From Clostridiales bacterium (lineage in GTDB: Bacteria; Bacillota; Clostridia; Saccharofermentanales; Saccharofermentanaceae), in contig JAFWDK010000015.1 in the NCBI GenBank assembly GCA_017513085.1, positions 32,001 to 96,000 of the forward strand: a DNA stretch of 64,000 nt, given 5' to 3'. The notes beneath the pieces are model-generated. The model was not told the origin of the DNA. It worked only from the letters and a program-made list of their open reading frames with translations, and searched no databases. How positions within the stretch are numbered: the stretch's first letter is position 1; every line of letters starts with the position of its first letter. Below, piece by piece: positions 56,248-64,000 of the stretch. Made by a program: the position numbers and the translations under genes.

Positions 56248-57705
56248 TCAGGAGTCCTCCTTCTTCCCGGACGGCGGATCACCCTTTGGCTTTTCCCCGG
56301 AAGGCGGAGCATCATGGTCTCCGCCTTCCGGTCCGCCCTTACTTCTATCAGAAGAAGATTCTGTCACCAGTGTGATCGCCTCACCTGTTGATGCCGTTCC
56401 TGCGCCATACGCTACACCGTCTACATAGAGAGTATGTCCGTTAAGGTCGATGGCATCCGTATCGCAGGTAAGAGAGGTAACATAGGAATCCCCGGTAAGG
56501 ATCCACTTTGATCCCGACTCGATCTCTACATAAACTTTTCCTTCGTTATCCGGGTCGATCGCACCCTGATAAGTCGAACCGGATGTAAGATACATATTCA
56601 CCGCCGAGACACTGTCTACCAGGATATCCCCATCTTGTTTCTGATTCTTAAGATATAGATTGACCTTTCCGCCGTTGGCTCCTTCCGATCCCCAGCCGGC
56701 CGCAGCTGCACGGAGGAACACGCCTTCGCTGTCCTGATTGGTGATCTCCACATTCTCAAGTGTGATCGTTGTGACGGTATTATTGACGAAGAAGATATCC
56801 CCGTTTTTATTTGTCAGCGATCCGTCTTTCATGGAAAAAGCGGCTTCGCCTTCCGCCGCATCACCGGACATGGACTGGTATATCATGACGGCCTGATACC
56901 ACGACGATTTATCACTGTTCTTGGAGTTGTTATCCGCCACCAGACTCACGTTATTCAGCGTTACGGAATTTCTTCCTTCCACTACTACGCCCTGGGATGA
57001 AGTGGACTCCATCTTCGCATCGTTGACCGTGATATCTGCCGTCGAGTAGATGACCGGAGATCCTTTTCCGTCCGTCGTATAAGAGCCGCCGGTAACGGTT
57101 ACGGTTCCGCCTCCACGGTCCGACCGGATCGCCGCGGAAGAATTTCCCGTAGTATGGATCGTAAGGTTCTCGGCATTCATCGTGCCGCCTCCGGTCGTCA
57201 TCAGTCCGCCGGAACAATTCCCGGATGTTCTGATCTCGGAGTTACTGATATTTACCGTCGTTCCTTCGCCGTAAGAGAACACCGCATTGGCATGTTTTCC
57301 ATCCGTATCGACTACGATATCCGACAGATCCAGTGTCGCTCCGTTCGTGGCAAAAATAGCGGCATTGTCGCCGTAGAAATCCGCCTCGTCACCTTCTTCC
57401 GAATCGCCGGTTTTGGTGACACGGACTTTGGAATAGGAAGCAGATTCACCATCTGCTTCGATGGCATGTTCACCATCACTGCTATTGGAGATTTCTTCTT
57501 CTGTAGCGATTCTATCCGGACTTTTCGAGACAGTGGATTCGGACTCTTCTTCAGTCTCACTTCCGTCCGGCTCGGATTCCGCGGCCGATGTAGAGGTGGT
57601 TGTATCGGTATTCTTTTCGCTCCGGTTCGAGCAGGCCGTCATGGAGATCATCATGGTTGCGGTCAGTAAAAGGGACAGGGTATTTAAGTGTTTTCGGTTA
57701 AGCAT
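56248..57705 (-). CDS. Lipoprotein with right-handed beta-helix repeats
   Basis: Lipobox MTAC, acidic S/T linker, repeats such as IxTxGxxSxAI. Confidence 0.75.
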   Translation of the reverse strand: MLNRKHLNTLSLLLTATMMISMTACSNRSEKNTDTTTSTSAAESEPDGSETEEESESTVSKSPDRIATEEEISNSSDGEHAIEADGESASYSKVRVTKTGDSEEGDEADFYGDNAAIFATNGATLDLSDIVVDTDGKHANAVFSYGEGTTVNISNSEIRTSGNCSGGLMTTGGGTMNAENLTIHTTGNSSAAIRSDRGGGTVTVTGGSYTTDGKGSPVIYSTADITVNDAKMESTSSQGVVVEGRNSVTLNNVSLVADNNSKNSDKSSWYQAVMIYQSMSGDAAEGEAAFSMKDGSLTNKNGDIFFVNNTVTTITLENVEITNQDSEGVFLRAAAAGWGSEGANGGKVNLYLKNQKQDGDILVDSVSAVNMYLTSGSTYQGAIDPDNEGKVYVEIESGSKWILTGDSYVTSLTCDTDAIDLNGHTLYVDGVAYGAGTASTGEAITLVTESSSDRSKGGPEGGDHDAPPSGEKPKGDPPSGKKEDS

Positions 57706-57764
57706 TTTCGTCGTCTCCCTTCTGGATTATGACACCAGTATAGGAGGCGAACCTTAAACTAACT

Positions 57765-59801
57765 TCAAACCGTCTTCACTACCAGATTTCCTCTTCCCGG
57801 GATCGTGACATTGCCGTTGATCGTCTCGCCGGTGACCAGATCGATCCCGTTCAATCCCGAAAGAGTTACATCCTGTTCCGAGAGATTCAGGTAGAAATCA
57901 TAGGTCGCATCTGCCCCGACCCGCCTGTGCCACTCGATGCCCGATGGGAGCTCCCGCGTCTTGATCCCCGCATCTGAAATCAGCATGTCGAGGAATCCCA
58001 CTAGCTCTTCCGGAAGGATCCGGGCCGCCTGATAATAGGCCTTACCCTGCCCGTTCTTTTTGCACGTGATAGCCGGGGTTCCGGAATAGAAATCATCTTT
58101 ATATTTCCCGAGCACTTCCGCATCCGAGACACGCAGGATCTCGCAATAATCTCTTACGGAGAAGCACTTGTCCTCGGTCATGCAGATCGCATTTTTATCT
58201 GATGGGTATAGCGTGTCGATCTCTTCCGCGATCACTCCGAAAAGCTCCTTCAATCCCGCACCCGGAAAACCGCCTTCGTAGCAGAGTGTATTTTCATTGA
58301 CGTAGCCGGTCATGTAAGTGCCGAGAAGGATGCCTCCTTTTTCCACGAAGGCCTTCAGTTTCTCCGCCGTCTCCGGTCGCACGGAAAAGAGCATCGGCGC
58401 AAGAATGAGTTTATAGCCGTCAAAATCATCGTTCACGGAAATGATGTCAGCATCAATGCCGCGGCGCATCAGGGCCTCCCAGTATTTCTGGCAAGTCGTA
58501 TCGTACTTTTTCGTCTTCCCGCTGAATCCACCGGAATAGTCGATCGCCCACCAGTTTTCCCACTCGAAAATGATCGCCGCTTCGCTTCTTGAAGTACTGC
58601 CTTCCACCTCCGCGATCTTCTTTAGTGTCTCTCCTGTGTGGGCCACTTCGCGGAAGATCCTCGTGTCATTGGTCCCCAGATGACTAACCACGGCACCATG
58701 GAACTGTTCCCATGCGCCACGGGACTGTCTCCACTGAAAATACTGCACCGAGTCCGACCCGCAGGCCACCGCCTGCAGTGAGAACTGCTCATGGACTTTC
58801 GGTCTTTTCAGCTTGTTATATTCCGACCAGTTCACGCTTCCCGGACAACTCTCCATCAGAAGGAACGGCTTGTCCTTCCTAAGTCCCCGCATGATCGCGT
58901 GGTCAAAAGCACCTTCGATCATGGTATCTTCGTAGCTTTCCCAGTCGTTATGCATCAGCGGATAGCTGTCCCAGGAGATCACATCGAGTTCTTTTGCCAG
59001 AACACGGTAATCGATGTCGTAAAACCGCTTCATGAGATTGGTCGTGATCGGGACATCTTTCTTCTTCGAGCCTTCCCGGATCGCGCGGATCTCGGATCTC
59101 GTATAGTCCGCATAGTTCCACGTGGTGAATCTCCGCCAGTCGAGTTTATGTCCCATAATGGCGATCTGGCCGTTCGCATAAGGCGGTTCTACCTCGGAAA
59201 AATCACTGTACCTTGCGCTCCAGAATGTCGCCCACCATTCGTGATTGAGTTTCTCGATATCGCCGTTATAGCGCTTCCGGAGGAAGTCCTGAAACTTCGC
59301 TTTACACAGGTCGCAGAAGCATTCGCCGCCGAATTCATTGGAGATATGCCATGCCAGAAGTCCCGGATGATCGCCGACTTCTTCTGCCAGTTTTCTGTTA
59401 ATGATGCCTACCTTCTCACGATAGACTTCGGAAGACATGCAGTGGTTGTGGCGAAGGCCATGGCGTCTTCTGATACCCATGTCATCGACGCGCATGACCT
59501 CCGGATACTTACTGTCCAGCCACGCCGGGCGCGCGGCAGAAGGCGTTGCCAGGATCGTATAGATCCCGTTTTCGTAGAGCCGGTCCATGATCTCATGCAG
59601 CCACTCCAGATGGAACTCGCCTTCTCTCGGCTCATACATGGCCCAGGAAAACACACCGAGAGTCGCTTCGTTGACGCCGGCCTGCTTCATGTACTCGATG
59701 TCTTTTTCCAGGATATCGGGCCGGTCCAGCCACTGCTCCGGATTATAATCTCCACCATGAATGATCTTCCCAATAGGTCTTCCAAAAGCATATTCCGACA
59801 T
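57765..59801 (-). CDS. Beta-galactosidase, GH42
   Basis: GGDYNPEQW, WHISNEFGGECFCDLC, ISWDSYP, LLMESCP, YFQWR, EQFHGAV. Confidence 0.92.
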   Translation of the reverse strand: MSEYAFGRPIGKIIHGGDYNPEQWLDRPDILEKDIEYMKQAGVNEATLGVFSWAMYEPREGEFHLEWLHEIMDRLYENGIYTILATPSAARPAWLDSKYPEVMRVDDMGIRRRHGLRHNHCMSSEVYREKVGIINRKLAEEVGDHPGLLAWHISNEFGGECFCDLCKAKFQDFLRKRYNGDIEKLNHEWWATFWSARYSDFSEVEPPYANGQIAIMGHKLDWRRFTTWNYADYTRSEIRAIREGSKKKDVPITTNLMKRFYDIDYRVLAKELDVISWDSYPLMHNDWESYEDTMIEGAFDHAIMRGLRKDKPFLLMESCPGSVNWSEYNKLKRPKVHEQFSLQAVACGSDSVQYFQWRQSRGAWEQFHGAVVSHLGTNDTRIFREVAHTGETLKKIAEVEGSTSRSEAAIIFEWENWWAIDYSGGFSGKTKKYDTTCQKYWEALMRRGIDADIISVNDDFDGYKLILAPMLFSVRPETAEKLKAFVEKGGILLGTYMTGYVNENTLCYEGGFPGAGLKELFGVIAEEIDTLYPSDKNAICMTEDKCFSVRDYCEILRVSDAEVLGKYKDDFYSGTPAITCKKNGQGKAYYQAARILPEELVGFLDMLISDAGIKTRELPSGIEWHRRVGADATYDFYLNLSEQDVTLSGLNGIDLVTGETINGNVTIPGRGNLVVKTV

Positions 59802-59866
59802 ATCCGCGCCCTCCATTATATGTATCCCCGCGTCCGCTGATCGGTCAGGGGGCATTATTTTCCGAG

Positions 59867-60895
59867 TTACACCGGCATCTTCTCCATATACACGAACACC
59901 AGCTCATCGGTGATCTTTTTCTCGTCGAAGATCTTGTAACCGAGTTTCTCGTATAGTCTAATATTATCCACACTTCTCGTGCTGGTAAAGAGTTCGTAGC
60001 GTGTATCGACATAGTAGCACTCGATCTCCCGGAGAAGCTTACTGCCGTAACCTTTGCCGCGGAAATCCGGATGCACCATGAGTTTGCCGATGTAAGCGGT
60101 CTTATCCTTGGCACAGGAGCGGACGGATCCGATGATCTTTCCGTCCTCGGAAACCATCTTCAGAACAATGCCGTTTTCAAACTCTTCTTCCAGTTCAGAG
60201 AGCGTCTCCTTCAGCGGCGGAATATCTTTATTCCCAAAAAGCGCTGCCTCGCTTTGGTATGCGAGATACTGCAGATCCAGGATTTCTTTCAGATCTTCTT
60301 TCGTTGCCCTTACCACATCCGGCCGGATGTAATACACCAGGTTGATGCGCACTTCATGACGGGCAATATCGAAGTTTCCGTAGCAGCAGCTGTCGATACC
60401 CAGGAGCCGGAAGCCCTGGCTCCGATAGAAAGCGATGGCGTGAAGATTGCAGCTCTGGGTCTCCAGCATAATGGCACGGCGTCCGTCCCGCTGAGCTTTT
60501 TCCTTCACGAGATTCATCATTCTCGTTGCAATGCCCTGACGGTGCAGTTCGTCCGCCACCCACACTTCGGTGACCATAAGACGGTTGCTCCACTCTTCCG
60601 GACAGCACTCGATGCAGGCGAGAAGCTTCTTCTTCGGAAGGCCATTCTCACCTGTCTCTTCTCCGATGATGCCCCAGGCTTCAGCACCGGGCCAGTAGTC
60701 CGGATAAAGCCCGTCCATGAAATCCGGCTCATGCAATACCGGTTCATCGAATAACTTCTTTACCATATCCACATGGAATGAATCCGCATCTTCACGGATC
60801 TCCACGTCGAAGTACCCCTCCGTTGTGTAGCGCATCGGAATAGGCGTTCCTTTCCATTCCTCTTTCGGAAGCGGAACGATCTCATATGTATTCAT
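59867..60895 (-). CDS. Tandem GNAT-GNAT fusion
   Basis: Domain 1 VWVADELHRQGIA...LETQSCN...FYRSQGF; domain 2 LMVHPDFRGKGYG...LYEKLGY. Confidence 0.85.
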   Translation of the reverse strand: MNTYEIVPLPKEEWKGTPIPMRYTTEGYFDVEIREDADSFHVDMVKKLFDEPVLHEPDFMDGLYPDYWPGAEAWGIIGEETGENGLPKKKLLACIECCPEEWSNRLMVTEVWVADELHRQGIATRMMNLVKEKAQRDGRRAIMLETQSCNLHAIAFYRSQGFRLLGIDSCCYGNFDIARHEVRINLVYYIRPDVVRATKEDLKEILDLQYLAYQSEAALFGNKDIPPLKETLSELEEEFENGIVLKMVSEDGKIIGSVRSCAKDKTAYIGKLMVHPDFRGKGYGSKLLREIECYYVDTRYELFTSTRSVDNIRLYEKLGYKIFDEKKITDELVFVYMEKMPV

Positions 60896-60971
60896 TTTTC
60901 TTAACTCCTTTATTCTCGGCGCCTCCGAAAGGCGCCATGCCGGTCATTTCAACACAGGCAGGAAGCCCCGG

Positions 60972-61949
60972 TCATGACCAGCTGTTAAACTTCACGCGCT
61001 CGGAGAAAGCCTTTTTACTCGGCGCATGAAAATCATCCAGTGCTTTTCCCACGGGAAGAATGCAGACCACGTCGTACTCCTCCGGTACCTTCAGGATCGC
61101 ACCGATCTTATCGCAGATCCGGTCCTCGTCCGTGATATGACCCTCGTACCAGCAGCTCTGATAGCCCAGCTCCACGATGGCCAGAAGCATGTTCTCGATG
61201 GCTGCGGAATAATCCTGGATCGCGAAGCATCGGTCACGGTACGCATTGATCCGGCGCGTCAGAACAACGATCATGGCAGGCGCCGTCTGCGCCACCGGCG
61301 GATCCAGCACACCCTTGATTTGGTCAAGCACTTCTTTATCGTCCACGATCACTACATCCGTTGTCTGCTTGTTGCACCCGGACGGGGCGTCGATGCCCGC
61401 CGAAGCAATCGCCCTAAGGTCCTCCTGCGGTACTTTTTCGTCGGCAAAAGCACCTCTATAGCTGTGTCTCGTGGCGATGGTCTGAAGGGCGCTACGAAGC
61501 CCCATGATATAGATCTGGCACGGGTTCGCCTCGTCCCAGACGCTCTCGATGACTTCCATTTCCTTGAAGCCCAGGCTCTTATAGAACGCATTCGTAATGT
61601 CGTAATCCGCGTACATGCCTTCCTTCACGGTCTTGACCTGGATGAAGGAAAAGCCCTGCTGCACCGCATAGTCCTTCGCTGCCGCGAAGAGACGTCGTCC
61701 GTATCCTTTTCTATGGCAGGTCTTAAGGACACCCATCACGGCCAGTTCCATCGTGGCATCGCCCGTCTGCTTCAGGCAGAGAAAACCAACCGGCTTATCG
61801 TCCTCGCACGCCGCCCAGTAGGGCCAGTCCACACATTCACGAATATACTGCTCGCGGCTTTCTTCCACCTCGAACCACTCCGGAAGTGCCTCCAGGATCG
61901 CGCGGGTTATCGTCTTCTTCTCATTTGAATCGGTAATAAATCTAATCAT
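60972..61949 (-). CDS. GNAT-nitroreductase fusion
   Basis: MGVLKTCHRKGYG...FYKSLGF, then RHSYRG, APSGCNKQ, AIENMLLA, GYQSCW. Confidence 0.85.
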   Translation of the reverse strand: MIRFITDSNEKKTITRAILEALPEWFEVEESREQYIRECVDWPYWAACEDDKPVGFLCLKQTGDATMELAVMGVLKTCHRKGYGRRLFAAAKDYAVQQGFSFIQVKTVKEGMYADYDITNAFYKSLGFKEMEVIESVWDEANPCQIYIMGLRSALQTIATRHSYRGAFADEKVPQEDLRAIASAGIDAPSGCNKQTTDVVIVDDKEVLDQIKGVLDPPVAQTAPAMIVVLTRRINAYRDRCFAIQDYSAAIENMLLAIVELGYQSCWYEGHITDEDRICDKIGAILKVPEEYDVVCILPVGKALDDFHAPSKKAFSERVKFNSWS

Positions 61950-62086
61950 AGTACCTCCCAAGTACTGTATTTCTGTCGTCTACATAATAGACTACAGCGG
62001 AAGAAAATGCTTTACCTTCTTAGTATACAACATCTTCGTATTTCGGGATTTGTAACAATATTACACGTGCTGTTTTTATGGATCAT

Positions 62087-62551
62087 TCAGTATGCGGCAG
62101 GAGAATTTCCCGGTCTGTAAAAAACCTGATTCGGATAACCGAATTCTTCAGTCAGTTCGCCTTCGATAAAACCGAACTTCCGGTAAAGCGCACGTGGCGC
62201 CGTACCCTTCTCATCACCTTCACGGAAAGTCGATACCGTCACGTCAGAAGAAAGATCCAGCTCAGACAGAGCTTCTTGCAAAAGAATGGAAGCTATGCCC
62301 TGCCGACGGAATTCCGGATCGACTGCCAGGCAGCAGATCATGTTCCGGTTCCTGGAGAAAAGAAGCACACCGGCGATGGTATCCTCTTTCTTTACGCAGA
62401 CCGCCTGCTTCTTTCCCATGAATTTCAAAACCGTATTCTGATGCTCCAGAAGCGCCTCTTCCGTTTCCAGTCCGGGAAAACCTTCACGCACTTTTCGAAC
62501 CAATGCCATCCAGTTCTGTATGTCCGATGATTCTCCATACAAAGCTTTCAT
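62087..62551 (-). CDS. GNAT acetyltransferase
   Basis: LAVDPEFRRQGIA, LYRKFGF. Confidence 0.9.
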   Translation of the reverse strand: MKALYGESSDIQNWMALVRKVREGFPGLETEEALLEHQNTVLKFMGKKQAVCVKKEDTIAGVLLFSRNRNMICCLAVDPEFRRQGIASILLQEALSELDLSSDVTVSTFREGDEKGTAPRALYRKFGFIEGELTEEFGYPNQVFYRPGNSPAAY

Positions 62552-62570
62552 TTTCTTTTCTCCGTCTCCA

Positions 62571-63866
62571 TCAGAACAGTTCATCCAGAAGGATGTAGTA
62601 GTTTATCTTCTCCCAATCCGGCTCTATTCCAAGCTCTTCAAAAAGCACTTCCGGCCGAATGTCCGGATAGACTTTGCTGCCCCATTTCCCGTCGGCGTTA
62701 TGCTTTAAGCTCCGGTAGCAAAGAGCAATATCCATCCACTTATCGCCGGTTCCGGTATTACCGAGGTCAATCAGTCCGCTGAGTTTTCCGTCCTTGATAA
62801 ACACATTCGGCAGGCAGAAATCGCCGTGAGACAGCACCGGCTCATAAGAAGGCTTGTTTTCCTTAAGCCAGGAAAGAAGCTCGGAAGGGTCTTTAAATCC
62901 ACCTTCTCCGAAGGTCTCCGGTTCCACATCGCTTAAGTCCACCAGATCGTTTTTCACCCGGTACTCTGCTTCCGAAAGAAGCGTATCGAGATCTTCTTTT
63001 CTCGGGCAGCCGGAGATATCGATGCTCCAGAGAAGCTTAAGCGCGTCTGCAAGGACCGGAATCATCTCCTTCGGATGCTCCATATAGTATGGATCGCAGG
63101 CAACGGTGCCCGGGATCCTGCTCATAAGAAGATACCGGTACTTCCCGTCTTTTTCATAGGCGAGGACCTCCGGTACCGGAAGCTTTCCCTTAAGATACCG
63201 CATGACCTCGACAGTCTGATCCTGATTTTCGCAGAACGGTCCTTCTTCCATATCGGCCGGATCCAGGATCTTCTCGCACTTCAGGACGCAGTCATCGAAG
63301 AGAAAGATCCTCGATCCGGATTTTCCCATGTCGTCGATCCGGAATTCTTTGCCGGATACTTTTTCCCGGATGCCTTCCGGAAGTTCCGAGAGAAGGATCT
63401 CCCGGAGTGCTGTGTATTCGCGATAATACATACCTCTACGCATCTCGTCCGTGCCGTCATATTCCGCATGGGTGGAAAAGATCTGAAGGATCTCCCCAAG
63501 CGGCATCCATCTCGGTTCCATGCCGGCTTCGATCTCCCGATCGGTCAGATGGCGCTCGGTCTCACCCGTCACTTCCGCGAGAAAATACTTGTTGAGCCAC
63601 TTACAGTCTTCGTAATATTCGTCGATCTGAAGCACACAAGGAGAAGTTTTGATCACTGCGCCACACTCTTCCGCCACTTCACGGATCACGCACTCTTCAT
63701 CGGTTTCATTCTCTTCGAGACCGCCGCCCGGAAGCATCCATTGATCGTTCTTCGTCTCATAGGACATCAGGATCTTCCCGTCTTTCATGATCACTGCCCG
63801 GCAGCCGGTTCTTGAGCTCGTCCAATTTCCAAAATAGTTGTCACCGATTATATCCAGGATCTTCAT
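62571..63866 (-). CDS. NUDIX hydrolase-APH(3')-like aminoglycoside phosphotransferase fusion
   Basis: Nudix box GGGLEENETDEECVIREVAEECG; APH motifs GKSGS, LPVPEVL, SHGDFCLPNVF, IDLG, DIAL, YYILLDELF. Confidence 0.85.
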   Translation of the reverse strand: MKILDIIGDNYFGNWTSSRTGCRAVIMKDGKILMSYETKNDQWMLPGGGLEENETDEECVIREVAEECGAVIKTSPCVLQIDEYYEDCKWLNKYFLAEVTGETERHLTDREIEAGMEPRWMPLGEILQIFSTHAEYDGTDEMRRGMYYREYTALREILLSELPEGIREKVSGKEFRIDDMGKSGSRIFLFDDCVLKCEKILDPADMEEGPFCENQDQTVEVMRYLKGKLPVPEVLAYEKDGKYRYLLMSRIPGTVACDPYYMEHPKEMIPVLADALKLLWSIDISGCPRKEDLDTLLSEAEYRVKNDLVDLSDVEPETFGEGGFKDPSELLSWLKENKPSYEPVLSHGDFCLPNVFIKDGKLSGLIDLGNTGTGDKWMDIALCYRSLKHNADGKWGSKVYPDIRPEVLFEELGIEPDWEKINYYILLDELF

Positions 63867-63921
63867 GTTTCCCTCGCTTTTTTTCTTTCCTCATTATCCG
63901 AAACTGTGTTTTTTCGGATCT

Positions 63922-64000
63922 TCAGTCAAAAAACTCCGGCTCGTCGAAGACGAATCCGTTATCCAGAAGTTGCTGGATAAGGGTCTTATAGTACTCCGGC
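63922..64000 (-). CDS. 3' end of a gene cut by the window edge
   Basis: Open frame PEYYKTLIQQLLDNGFVFDEPEFFD* on the minus strand. Confidence 0.55.
   Translation of the reverse strand, partial: PEYYKTLIQQLLDNGFVFDEPEFFD

Noticed and set aside
58791-61928. Long plus-strand ORFs (58791-59840, 60071-60754, 61026-61928) and similar antisense ORFs elsewhere, e.g. 6468-7517 and 39131-39991
   Set aside because: They are antisense shadows of well-supported minus-strand genes and carry no motifs
16248-64000. Classical integron, prophage or ICE
   Set aside because: No recurring attC-type junction repeats, and no integrase, transposase, phage structural or conjugation genes
1-64000. Apparent abundance of GATC/CGATCG and TCCGGA
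   Set aside because: Plausibly explained by preferred codons (ATC, GAT, CCG, GGA); I did not count them, so I make no claim

Overview
A 64-kb chromosomal window, probably from an anaerobic Clostridia-type Firmicute (inferred from hydE, Firmicute-style SD and extended -10 promoters, TTAACA-type Pho boxes and mid-range GC). Positions 1-16 kb are mostly housekeeping-like: a GntR regulator, FkbM methyltransferase, galK, DUF2130, PhoB/PhoR with a Na/Pi symporter, hydE and an AI-2E transporter. Positions 16-64 kb are a dense, strongly co-oriented accessory tract of small detoxification and stress genes: many GNATs, VOC, MBL, nitrilase, aldo-keto reductases and three MerR regulators. It also holds a Zn-macrodomain/SirTM pair split by a RelB/DinJ-YafQ module, an AbiEi/AbiEii pair, several odd in-frame fusions (NUDIX-APH(3'), GNAT-nitroreductase, DUF3795-RpiB, XRE-PurM) and several gene remnants. 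The most unusual unexplained structures are two probably non-coding arrays of inverted-arm sites with fixed geometry. The first is eight TCAGT-N25-ACTGA sites at 42/51-bp steps (6002-6357). The second is six TTCATAC-N24-GTATGAA-like sites at 63-bp steps (48273-48628), next to a G-quadruplex-type tract and bounded by a 73-bp direct repeat. I saw no rRNA, tRNA, CRISPR-cas, transposase or integrase. All family assignments come from motif recognition by eye, not from database searches.
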